A stretch of DNA of 64,000 nucleotides from Sphaerodactylus townsendi. Its lineage: Eukaryota. Each line of letters opens with the position of its first letter. Positions within the stretch are counted from its first letter, which is position 1. The stretch lies in the NCBI RefSeq assembly GCF_021028975.2, contig NC_059438.1:21204001-21268000 (forward strand), read 5' to 3'. Of this stretch, positions 24,142-34,792 are shown one piece after another. The notes under the pieces are model-generated. The model made no database searches and was not told where the DNA came from. It saw only the letters and a list, made by a program, of their open reading frames with translations. Both the position numbers and the translations under genes were made by a program.

Positions 24142-24419
24142 CTAGGAAGCAACAAGCAAGCCAAGAGTTAAAAAAAATCAGCGGCCTTGATGGGGACTGG
24201 ACCAGCGGTCACTTTAGAGCAAAATGGACCTTTCCCAGCTTTGCTGGGCTCTTAGCGAGCTGGCCCAAGTATGGGGCGGGGAGGGGGGAAGCATGTACAA
24301 CTCTGCTTGCTGAGCTCCTGGGAGCAGCCAGGGGCATGCTGGGAGCCCAGCTCTCCAGTGACACCCAGCCCAAGCCTTTGCAGCATGGTCAGCATCAGTG
24401 CATGCCGCTTGCTCTCCAA

Positions 24420-24616
24420 CAGTGATTCTCAACCTTCCTAATGCCGTGACCTTTAATACAGTTCCTCCTGTTGTGGTGACCCCCAACCATAAAATTATTT
24501 GTGTCTTGGTTCCTAAGACCATTGGAAATATGTGTTTTCCGATGGTCTTAGGCGACCCCTGTGAAAGGGTCGTTCAACCCCCAAAGGGGTCGCGACCCAC
24601 AGGTTGAGAACCACTG
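24420..24616. mobile_element. SPIN (Space Invader)/URR1-like non-autonomous hAT MITE in CTRL intron 1
   Basis: cagtgattctcaaccttcctaatgcc...gtggtgacccccaaccataaaattatt...ggtcgcgacccacaggttgagaaccactg matches recalled URR1/SPIN termini; TSD ctctccaa/ctctagaa. Confidence 0.85.
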
Positions 24617-25194
24617 CTCTAGAACATCCTACTGTGGAAACATGCAAAAGTGCTACCAGGGGTATGGCGAAAAATGCTACCAAGGGAAGGGAGAAATAAT
24701 CGCAGTTCCTCTCTAAATGTGCTTGAAGGTGGAGCATAAGCTTAGCAAGGACCCAAGACACATGAAGTTGCCTTATACTGAGTCCTTCAAAGTCAGTACT
24801 GTCTACACACTGGCAGCAGCTCGCCACAGTCTCAGGCGGAGATCTTTCACGTCACTTGTACCCCATCCCTCTAACAAGAGATGCTGGGGATTGAGCCTGC
24901 GATCTCCTGTATGCCAAGCTGATGCTCTACCACTAAGCTATGGACTCTTCCCAAAGATGCCAGGAAGCCTCCAAGGCAAGGACAGGAAGTTATCTCCCCT
25001 TTCTTCTGAATTACGATAAAATTGGGCAGAATGGCCTGCAGGAAGGGAGATGTAACCAGGTGTGTTCTGGGTAGTATAGCACATAAATAGCAGCCTCCTG
25101 ATCTATCTTTCAGCCCCATCAGTCATAAACAAGGAAGGGGACCCAAAGGATGACTGAGTCCAGAGATGGTAAGAGGTTGACAGGTGCAACTCAC

Positions 25195-25255
25195 CCAAGA
25201 CTGTGCCGAGGAGGGTTAGGAAAGCCACAACTGCAGGTGCCCACAGAGAAGTCAT
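25195..25255 (-). CDS. CTRL: CTRL exon 1 (signal peptide MTSLWAPAVVAFLTLLGTVL-G)
   Basis: ATG at 25255, hydrophobic leader, phase-1 donor G|gtgagt, TATAAA ~55 nt upstream. Confidence 0.88.
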
Positions 25256-25306
25256 TTTGGTCAGAAACCCCAGGGAGCTACAGAACGATTGCCCTGCGCC
25301 ACTTAC

Positions 25307-25312
25307 TTTATA
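25307..25312 (-). promoter_or_regulatory. TATA box of CTRL
   Basis: TATAAA on the minus strand 52-57 nt upstream of the ATG, with an E-box CAGCTG at 25321-25326. Confidence 0.7.
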
Positions 25313-25631
25313 CTACTTGGCAGCTGCACTTGGCTCTTCCAGACCTTGAGCTGATAATAGTGGCAGGCCAAATTTAGCCTGTGCCGTGTGCAGATGCTGT
25401 GCCACAAGGTTTCCTTGCCAGAACCACAGAGCTAGCAAGAGCAGCTGGGGCCCATAACTGCCACATTGTCAGAGGGGGATTGGGAGACCCATGGAGGGGC
25501 TTCATTAATATATTTTAAGAATGAACCCAGAGCAGTCATCCTGGAGCCCTGTTTTCCTTTCTGTAACACTGTCTGTGTACACTGGACTGAGTGAGCCAGA
25601 GCAGGGTAGGGGTTACAGCGTTGGACTAGGG

Positions 25632-25770
25632 CAGGGGTCTGCAACCTGTGGCTCTCCAGATGTTCATGGACTAAAATTCCCATCAGCCCCTGCAAGTTGG
25701 CCATGCTGGCAGGGGCTGATGGGATTTGTAGTCCATGAACATCTGGAGAGCTGCAGGTTGCAGACCCCTG
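25632..25770. mobile_element. Palindromic hAT-type MITE (TIR caggggtctgcaacc) upstream of CTRL
   Basis: TSD gactaggg/gactagtt; shared core. Confidence 0.85.
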
Positions 25771-27589
25771 GACTAGTTTGAATCGCCGTGTTGCCATGAA
25801 GCTTCTTGGATGACCTGGGAGAATGGCATCTCTGTTAGCCTAATCCTACCTCTCAGGGGGGTTGTAAGGATAAAATGGAGGAAGGATAAAATATTATTTA
25901 CCTCCACCAGGAAGAAGACGACCAAGGTGTACAAAATAAAAATGTTATTAGCCACACTAGCAAAGTGAGATGGTTGTGCACAATCTTCTGTTATGCTGTT
26001 ACAAGTGGCAGATACCATTTCCCTTGTAGGAAAATCTGAAGTGTTAGACTTGCCCATTCTTCTCCCCACAAACCATTTCCATAGTGGCGGGTGCTGAGGG
26101 CTCATGCCCACTTACTTCTCTTTGCTGCCTGAGTTATTGTGCACATGCACAGTTGTTCATGTGCACAGATATCCCAGGCAGCAAAGAGAAGCAAGTGGGC
26201 ATGAACCTTTACTCAGCTGAAGCTGGGATTTCAAGCACATGTGTCACATATGGGATGTCCCAAGTCAAACCCTGGTAAAAGACACTGTGGGAAACTAACT
26301 GTGCAAAACCCAGACCCAGATGGCCCAGCTTAACCTGGTATCATCAGATGTAGAAGCTAGCCGGGTCAAGCTGATGGGAGACCACCAAGAAGCCCAGGAT
26401 CACTTGAGGCAAGCAATGGCAAATACCTCTGTTCTTCTCTTGCCTTGAAAACCTTGGCTGTGACTTGTGGGCACTTTGCGCGCACAGTTGTGCAGGGCGA
26501 CCTTATTGCTCAAATGTGGCCTACATGGACGACAAATTCCACAACTGCATGCTAGGAGCTCTCAGGCTGAAGCTTTAGGCAGGGAGGCTGGGACAGGCTG
26601 GAGCAACTGGGGAAGCTGCAGGATTGGAAGCCAGTTAGTGTGTTACATGAAATGTCTCCAACTGGATCAGGATGAAGGAGTCTGTACAATGTTCCTGCCA
26701 GTTTTCTAGCTCCCGGTCTCCTTCCTGGAGTCCACAAGTCTTTCCCAAGGACATTCACTCCATGCCCTTCACCATGTTTACTTGGCTTTGCAAAGCCATG
26801 GGTGGGAATGGGATGACAAGAGGGAGTGCCTGACTGTGTATCTGAAGTGTCATGTGCTAAACATGTGTGCATGTCCCACGGTAGCTCCTTGTAACAGGTG
26901 TGAAGAAGACCTACTTTCCCAGGGGCTGGTGATTGGCCAGTAGTGTTTGGGACAACCATGTCATTACATTTGCTGGCAAGTTTTGCTCACAAACAGATCT
27001 GCACACCATTTAGCCATGAACCCGAAGGCCAAACTTGGAAGGGGGGAGTGATAAGAAACAGGAGAAATGAATGTTTTCATTAAATGGTAAGAAACCCAAA
27101 TGCCGTTTTTAAACACAGCTGATCTTTTGGAACACCATATTGGAATCTACCCAATGGTGGCACTTCGGATTCTCTATGTCACTTGACCCAACTTTCTCAG
27201 TTTTGCATGTATTTCTCAACATTACTTTTTCTCCACTGTGAGCATGTTGGCTCACCGATGAGCAATCCTGTTTATTTCCCCTGAAATAAGAACTTGCCTT
27301 TCTGCAGAAAAGGTACGGTTTTCACCTGTAAGAAGACATGCAAATTTTGTTTACTCTTCATTGTGGTCTCTGAGCACTCAAGATATTTTAATCTGTGCAT
27401 AATTTTGTTTGGGACTTTCTAAAGTTTCCTGGCTTCCCTTCCCAAGAACCTGTTGTCCCATGTTGTAGGTTTAGGATTGTGAAAACTCTTTCCTCAACGG
27501 GTAAGCATGATATGGGGCACCCTAGCTCCTTTTTATTCCTAAGCTTTCCTAAGGGTCTAGCTGGCCAGATTCTAGTCACAGTGTGCAGT

Positions 27590-27660
27590 GCCCAAGTCAT
27601 AACCATTTATAAAACATCCCAAGTCATAGGGCCCAAATCATAACCATTTATAAAACATCC
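27590..27660. repeat. 30-bp direct repeat (2 copies, 11-bp spacer)
   Basis: gcccaa(g/a)tcataaccatttataaaacatcc twice. Confidence 0.85.
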
Positions 27661-29914
27661 AGTCCAGGAATTCAGTTTCACCCTATATTTTATGAGCCAT
27701 ATCTGAAATGACATAACTATTATATCTTGGCTTGCAGCCTGAGCTTCAGCCCTGCCCCTCAGACCTTTGGACCATAGTAAAGTGTACCTATTTCTCCCCA
27801 ACCCCTGCTTGGATTATGTGGTGATGACATCTGGGATTGCCAATTTTGGCTTGGGAAATTTCTGGAGATTTGGGAGCAGTGCCTGGGGAAGTTTGGGGAA
27901 GACGCTGTTCCGGAACAAGGCTGGGAAAATCATTGCTGTACTTCTACCACTCAGCACATACGTATGACAGGGAAAGCCACACCACCTAGAAGTCATGGGC
28001 AATTTGGCTGCAAAGACCCAATTTGAGCTTTTAAAAAGGGAAGATCAAGAAAAGAGGAATTTGGCCTGCTTACAAAGTTTTTGGGAAGTGAGTTGCCACA
28101 TTTCTGAAGTTTACCTCAGTTCTCCCTTAGAACAGGCCCTTAATCCTCAATACCATACACCAGTGTTCTATAAGCTTTCTAGCAACCTGGCATGGCAATT
28201 CATTGCAGTCCTCTTCAGGGCATTGGGAACACCGCCAGGCCAGAACAGGGGGGCGGGGCCATTTGGCATGGGCCTACGGTTTTGAGGGGACCTATGTGAA
28301 GAAGGGGTAACCACTTCAGATCTGAAATTCTGAATCAACACGAACGTACTGTTGTATTTACTGCCTTTTATTACAGTACTGTACATTTGCTCTTGTTCAT
28401 ATAAAGGGTCTCCGCACATGAACAGTCAAAAGCAGCTCATAGCACTGTGCGCACGGTTTGTGTGACTACACTTTGTACGTTAAACATGTGCGTAAGTCTC
28501 ACGCTGTATGTCTGAAAGGCAGGTGTGTGGCAGAACTGGCGTTCCCAGGGGTTAGCTGCCCGGCAACTCTGGGAGAAGTGATTAGATGCCTAGTTCTTCT
28601 AATCAAATATGCTATTATTTTTGTTCAAACCAAAATATTGAAGCTGGAAATTTGTGGGAAGTAAATGACCGCAGGTTTTAATGGGGAAGTTTAAGAAAAC
28701 TTGACACAGCAGGTCCTTGTCCTCAGCACTCCCCACTGGGAAATTCCCCCAGTTCTTACAGTCAAGTGCCATTCAACTATCCGGTACACCAGTGGGGCAT
28801 AATGGGGTTAAAATGTTGGGTTAGGATGTGGGAGAGCCAGGTCAGAGCCCCTTCTTTGCCACTGAAGCTCATTGGGAGACCTTGGGCCAGTCATGCTGTT
28901 TCAGCCTAACCCACCTGACAAAACTTCTTTACCTGTAACTTCACCTCTCCAACACCTTTCCAACATTAAGTTGGAAAATTCCTGGAAATTTGTTTTTTTT
29001 TGGGGGGGGGGGGGAACCTAGAAGGGTGTGGGGTTTTCAGAGGTAGTCTCATTTTCTGTTCTTTTTTTAAGGTCCTCACTCTGTATTTTAAACGCCGTGT
29101 AATTTTTTTTTGTTTTCTTTTCATATTAAACCCTCTAAAATGTTTAATAATTTGCATTTGTATTTCACATGCTGCAACCCATAGTATCTTTTTGCTCAGG
29201 CTGGCTAGATTGTTTCCCCATTAATTCTGAGTTTCTTTTGTTCCTGCTCCAGAAAAATTATAATACATATTTTGGTCATCAGAAGAACCACATTTGGGTT
29301 CCTGGTGGGGACAGTTTTGGGGTGGAAGATTAGGGTGCATATTCTCCAAAGCCCGTTCTCTACAGCAGGAAAGTTAATAGAAATCAATTTTTTCAAATAT
29401 GGAACAGGCAGACGCTTAACTGGGGGGGGGGGGCGGGGGGGCAAGGGACTCAAGCCCCAGGCACTCCTTGGGGAGGTGCAGGAAGAGCCCCCGCCCCAGT
29501 TGATCTAGGCTGGCCTTGCTGGCTGGACGTAAGTTAGCTTTAATGGTAAAGCAACCAAAGGCTTTTGTAGTGGGGGTGGCGGTGGCAGTGAAAGGGGGGA
29601 GGTAATCCACATTCCCCTTTTGCCACTATCACTGGTCACTTTAATTAAGATTAACTTACTTTCAGGTGAATGGTGCTATGGCTGGGAGGAGACTGGAGGG
29701 CAGAGACGGGCCAGGGAAAGAGCGCCCTTCCCACCCTCAGCCTCCTCCCAGTCACAGCCCCTCTCACCTGAAAGTAAGTTGATTTTAAAGCAACCAGAGG
29801 TGCTTTTAATAGACCACTCCCCCCATTCCACCAAAACTCTCTTCCTTTGCCCTTCCTGTCTCTTTCTCTCTCTCCCCCTCTTTCACTCTCTTCCCCCTCT
29901 TTCTCTCTGGATGC

Positions 29915-30070
29915 AGGATACACTACTGAGTAGTTGTGCAGGAGAATAAGATCTTGGGGTTCAGGTGGACAGTAAGTTAAACATGAGCAGTCAGTGTGAT
30001 TCAGTGGCAAAAAGAGCTAATGCAATCTTGGGGTGCATCAATAGGGGCATAGCATCCACATCGCAAGAGG
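29915..30070 (+). mobile_element. CR1 ORF2 fragment
   Basis: [31 protein letters not shown]. Confidence 0.8.
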
Positions 30071-30907
30071 TTGGGAGGGGGGTGCAGTTTGAGAGCTTGG
30101 CCCAGGCACCATTTTCTGTAGATACACCCCTGGCAACAGGGATGGCAGGGAGCACTGGTTCTGAGAGAGTGAGTACAGAACGATTTCTAGAAGCGTTAAC
30201 AATTTGGGGCGAATTGGAACAAAATGTTCTGGTTTTCCCCTAAAAGTGACTGATTGTACTCTAGCACGGAAAACTCAGAACCAAGGAGTTGCCCAACTTC
30301 CAGCATAATCAAAATATTTCCTCTTTTGACATTTCTTCCCCTCAGAAGAGGCGAAAAAAGAGAATGTGGCAATGCTGGAACTGCATTCAGGCGCGAAATA
30401 TCAGATTTATCCCAAAACCATTCAGGATGATGAGCCTGGGGGAAACAGTGGGACTTCACCAGACCCTTCCTTGAGACCCATGCTACAGTTAAACACACAT
30501 AAAGCTGCCTTGTACCGAATGAGTCCACGGGTTCCATCTAGGTCAGTACAGTCTCCTCAGACCGGGCGTAGCTCTCCAATGTCAAAGATTCTTTTCCCAT
30601 AGATTTTATTTCATTTCCACTCCCTTCAACCACAGGGTGGTAGGATTGTTGGTAAGAAAGAAACAGAAACGTACAACAAAATAATAAATACTGAGATTGT
30701 TTAAAAAACATGTACAAAAAAATCTCTGGTGACAGCTCTTCGCCAACCCACATTATTAGAGAATAATAATTTCAGTATAATTGCTAGAACACAAAACACC
30801 AGTGTTAATAAGAGATCTCAATGTCTCAGGTGGCCACCTTTCATACCACTTGGAGATGCTGGGGATTGAATCTGGAATTACCTGCTTCCCAAGCATGTAC
30901 ACTATCA

Positions 30908-31202
30908 CCAGTGTGGTATAGTGGTTAAGAGCAGGTGGATTCTAATCTGGAGAACTGGGTTTGATTCCCAACTCCTCCACCTGAGTGGCAGAGGCTTATC
31001 TGGTGAACCAGATGTGTTTCTGCACTCCTACATTCCTGCTGGGTGACCTTGGGCTGGTCACAGTTCTCTCAGAACTCTCAACCCCACCTACCTCACAAGG
31101 TGTCTGCTGTGCGGAGAGGAAGGGAAAGGAGCTTGTAAGCCATCTTGAGTCTCCTCACAGGAGAGAAAGGTGGGATATAAATCCAAACTCTTCTTCTTCT
31201 TC
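30908..31202 (+). mobile_element. Squam3-like SINE, full length
   Basis: tRNA-like head, CORE, tail ataaatccaaact(ctt)n. Confidence 0.85.
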
Positions 31203-31545
31203 ACTGAGCCATGGGCCCTCCCCAAATGAGGCTGTGTTTGTATGTAGGGGGACTGTCACTCTGCCATTCTTTTTGGTATCTCCAGGAGTCTCTCAGGTAT
31301 ATCCATCTGTTTTGGCGTCCAAGAAAGTAGATTCCTTTGAAATATAGTCTTGGAAGAGAGTGTTATGGATATGGTGGACTGACAAAACTCCCAAATAAGT
31401 AGGTTTTAGATCAAATCAAGTCTGAACTGTCTCTAGAAGCTAACATGACTCATCTGAGTCTGTTGTACTTTGGTCACATAATGAGAAGGCAAGAGTCATG
31501 AGAGAAGATTAATGCTAGGTAAGGTTGAAGGCAGCAGGAAAAGAG

Positions 31546-32347
31546 CAGGGGCATAATGCCCATTGGGCAAGGTGGGCAGCTGCCCAGGGCATCACCTTGT
31601 GGGGGGCATCAAAATCCAGGGTTCGTTTTTGGGTATTTTTAGTGGTTTTCCATTTTTGGCCTGCAGGGGCGCAATTTTTAGGCTAGAGGCACCAAATTTG
31701 CAGTGTATCATCAGGAGACTGTCCTTATGCTCCCCGCCCCCAAGTTTGGTGAGGTTTGGTTCAGGGAGTCCAAAGTTATGGACTCCCAAGGGGGTGCCCC
31801 ATCCCCCATTGTTTCCAATGGGAGCTATTTCCAGGGGGAGCTAATTTCCAGGGGGAGCTAATAGGAGATGGGGCTACAGTTTTGAGGGTCCATAACTTTG
31901 CCCCCCGTGAACCAAACTGCACCAAACCTGGGGGGTATCATTAGAGCAGTCTCCTGATGAGACCCTGAAAGTTTTGAGACTGTGCCTTCAGAAATGTGCC
32001 CCCCAGCCTGCAACCCCCATTGACAGCAATGCAGAAAACCCAATGCAGAACAAAGATTCTTGGGCAAATTTCTGGTATGTTCCTGCAGGGGGCGCATTTT
32101 TGGATGTATCTGCACCAAAATTTCAGGGTATCATCTGGAGACTGTCCTGATGGGATCCCCCAAGTTTGGTGCAGTTTGGTTTAGGGGGTCCAAAGTTATG
32201 GACCCTCAAAAGGGTAGCCCCCATATCCTTAGCAAGAAATGGGAGATGGGGCAAAAAAATTTTGGTTGTGGTGGAGTGGCTGCCCATGGTGGGCGGCATC
32301 CAACTCAGGTTTTGCCCAGGGCTACAGTTTGCCTCGTTATGCCCCTG
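31546..32347. mobile_element. Non-autonomous hAT element (802 bp) with internal subrepeats, inserted in an RTE fragment
   Basis: TIR caggggcataa / ttatgcccctg, perfect TSD gaaaagag; recurring internal units such as gtccaaagttatggac and gtatcatcaggagactgtcct. Confidence 0.85.
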
Positions 32348-32368
32348 GAAAAGAGGAAGGTCCACCAT

Positions 32369-32508
32369 GGCCCCTTCCGCACATGCAGAATAATGCACTT
32401 TCAATGCACTTTGCAGCTGGATTTTACTGTGCGGAATATCAAAATCCACTTGCAAACAGTTGTGAAAGTGGATTGCAAATGCATTATTCTGCATGTGCAG
32501 AAGGGGCC
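32369..32508. mobile_element. PIF/Harbinger-type palindromic MITE (same family as 11190)
   Basis: TIR ggccccttccgcacatgcagaataatgca, 3-bp TSD cat. Confidence 0.82.
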
Positions 32509-33246
32509 CATGAGATGGATTGATTCTGAAAGGGAAGCCTCAGCCCTCAGTTTGCAAAACCCGAACAAGGCTGTTAAAGAGAGGACGTTTTGGAGGACAT
32601 TGACCCATCGGGTAACCATGTATCTGAAGCAACTTGGCAGCACTTAACACACAACACAGAGCACAACACAGAGCACATCATTACACATATTTTTGAAATT
32701 CTTTGCATTTCTTCTGCCAATCAGAAGGCAGATATTTTTAGTTTACTTTGTTTACTTCATTTATAGCTCATCTTTCTCACTGAAACTCAAAGCAGGTAGC
32801 AGAACTGGAAAACACGTTTGATTTATCCAGTACATATATATGATGTGTTTGTGTTCATAATGCACATATGTACACATATGGTGATCCAGACACAGGCAGA
32901 AAAGGTGTACTCCAGTATATGCCTAATTTCTACTAACTTTTTTCTATGATGATTGTTAGTTGGAAAGGAAGAACCTGTCTGGGAAATCATGTATTCCTTA
33001 CTGTGAGTTTCGAGCCTGCAGATCCGGTCCATTAGCAGAGCTATTTTCCTCTACTGGAAAAAAGACAAAAAGCAGAAAGGGATGCATAACAGAGAATGTC
33101 ATTTGCACAGAAGCATAAAGGTAGGGTCATTTGATTCAGGGATAAGTGCACAATAGCTCCCATTCACTTCAGAGTTATTGTGTGTAAGGGTAGTGAGACC
33201 CCGTTGATACATTCAACAGAAGCTAAGTGTTGTCATCCTGACCTTA

Positions 33247-33446
33247 GTGCCCAAGCTAGTCCGATCTTGTCAGATCTCAGAAACTAAACAGGGCGCACTC
33301 TGGTTTGTACTTGGATGGGAAACCATCACGGAAGTGAACAGTTGCTACACAGAGGCCGGCATTGGCAAACCACTTCTGTTCGTCTCTTGCTGTGAAAACC
33401 TACGAGGTCACCATACGCTGGCTGTGACTTGATGGCCCTTTATACA
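33247..33446 (+). mobile_element. 5S rRNA-derived SINE
   Basis: ccgatcttgtcagatctcagaaactaaacaggg...gtacttggatgggaaacc. Confidence 0.72.
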
Positions 33447-33778
33447 GTTGCTGTCTCAGTGAGGTTGTGGCACCAAAGCGTGATCCCAACAGGATGTTCT
33501 GCAAGGACGTTGGTTGAAGCAAGTGGTGCTTCCCCACTTGGGACATAAAAATGTGAAGGTCAGCAGAAAGCCAGAAAGAGGTATCTGAGTAGGAAATCTT
33601 AGTTTGCATAAGAAAACGTGAAAAGAGGAATTTAAGGTTCTTACAAAACGTTTCTGAAGCAGAGCCAATCTATGCCAGTATTAGCCCCTGTCATCATTTC
33701 CTCTTGGTGCTAGAGTTCCGATGTGTGTTGATTATTAGTTGTTTGCTCACAAGAGCTGAGCTCCACACAAGAAGCAGC

Positions 33779-34792
33779 ATGGCCCTCTACAATACCTCAG
33801 AGCTGGAAAGGAACAGCACAGTGACAGAGGAGGAGCGTGAGTCCATCTCTGTGTTCCCAAGTATGTTCCTCCTTGTTTGCTTCCTGATTGGAGTCCCTGG
33901 GAACGGCTTTGTGGTCTGGACTATTCTGACCAAGTTCTTCAAGCGTTCCTTGACCCTTCTTCTCATCCTGAACTTGGCTGTCACAGACTTAATTGTCATG
34001 AGCACTGTACCATTCTGGATGTACTCTTTCCTCTACGGCTGGGTCTTTGGAGATGTGTTTTGCAGAGTCCTCAAGTTCCTTGTCTACTTGACCATCTACG
34101 CCAGCATCTTCTTAATCACGCTGATGAGCCTCCATCGTTTTGCCGTCGTGATCTTCCCATTTGCTTCCCAAAAGTTGTGGCGGCCGCGGGCAGTGCACTG
34201 TGCGTTGCTGATGCTCTGGCTGGCTGCCTGTCTTTTTGGAAGTCCAATTCTGATTGTGTCCTCGAAACCCAAGAAGGAAGGAATCTGCACAGATGAAATG
34301 TACTACACGGATCAACAGCGAATAACGGTGAACTTTGTGGAGACTCTGTTTGGCTTTGTGATCCCGTTCACCGTGATGGCTGTCTGCTACTCCTGTGTCT
34401 TGAAAAGGCTTCGGATGCTGAAGAGCCATAAGAAAATGAAAACCGGGAAGCTAATTGCAGCTGTGGTCCTCTCTTTCTTCGTGTGTTGGCTCCCTTACCA
34501 CGTCTTCAACATCCTCATAAGTGCAGCACTGATGCTGAAAACGGAACGCCCGGAGACGGCAAAAACCTTGCTAGGAGTGACCAAAGTGGCAACGAACATC
34601 CACGGGGCTGTAGCCTTTGTCAGCAGCTGTCTGAACCCGATCCTGTACGCCTTTGCCGCGCGGAGCTTTCGTGGAGGGCTCCGGGAGACCAATTTTGCCA
34701 AGTTGTTCGCGAAAATTCACGAAGACTCCGAAGAAAAATCTGCCTTGGAGAAGTCTACAGGGGACAGTGGTCTTTCAACGGAGAAGTTGTAG
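33779..34792 (+). CDS. Leukotriene B4 receptor (BLT1/BLT2)-like class A GPCR, intronless, 337 aa
   Basis: ATG in a strong context (gcagcATGG) at 33779; the ORF-track start at 33704 is a TTG. Seven TM segments with GVPGNGFVVW, LNLAVTD, FCR, YASIFLITLMSLHRF, ETLFGFVIPF, CWLPYHVFN and SSCLNPILYAF, matching BLT-family signatures; N-glycosylation sequons NTS and NST. Orthology to LTB4R is not established, so no symbol is given. Confidence 0.92.
   Translation: MALYNTSELERNSTVTEEERESISVFPSMFLLVCFLIGVPGNGFVVWTILTKFFKRSLTLLLILNLAVTDLIVMSTVPFWMYSFLYGWVFGDVFCRVLKFLVYLTIYASIFLITLMSLHRFAVVIFPFASQKLWRPRAVHCALLMLWLAACLFGSPILIVSSKPKKEGICTDEMYYTDQQRITVNFVETLFGFVIPFTVMAVCYSCVLKRLRMLKSHKKMKTGKLIAAVVLSFFVCWLPYHVFNILISAALMLKTERPETAKTLLGVTKVATNIHGAVAFVSSCLNPILYAFAARSFRGGLRETNFAKLFAKIHEDSEEKSALEKSTGDSGLSTEKL

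Larger units (their letters stand above)
16227..25255 (-). other. CTRL: Gene span of CTRL: join(25255-25195, 24141-24038, 19528-19449, 19070-18992, 17699-17519, 17165-17032, 16388-16227) = 801 nt, 266 aa
   Basis: All six introns are GT-AG with consistent phases. Signal peptide, CGVPAI propeptide, R|IING activation site and triad TAAHC / NNDITL / GDSGG are present. Tail-to-tail with PSKH1 as in human. Confidence 0.95.
31430..32680 (+). mobile_element. RTE/BovB-like LINE 3' fragment split by two DNA transposons
   Basis: YFGHIMRRQES...MLGKVEGSRKR|GR...RWIDS motif continues across the insertions; CA-rich tail. Confidence 0.7.

Noticed and set aside
30908-30975. tRNA gene
   Set aside because: The A/B boxes belong to a SINE head; no intact cloverleaf.
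25256-33700. PSMB10 or LCAT exons expected from the human gene order
   Set aside because: No recognisable coding segments by eye or in the ORF track; needs tBLASTn for certainty.
33704-33778. 25-aa N-terminal extension of the GPCR in the ORF track
   Set aside because: It starts at TTG. The first in-frame ATG (33779) has a strong Kozak context and gives a normal BLT-length N-terminus.
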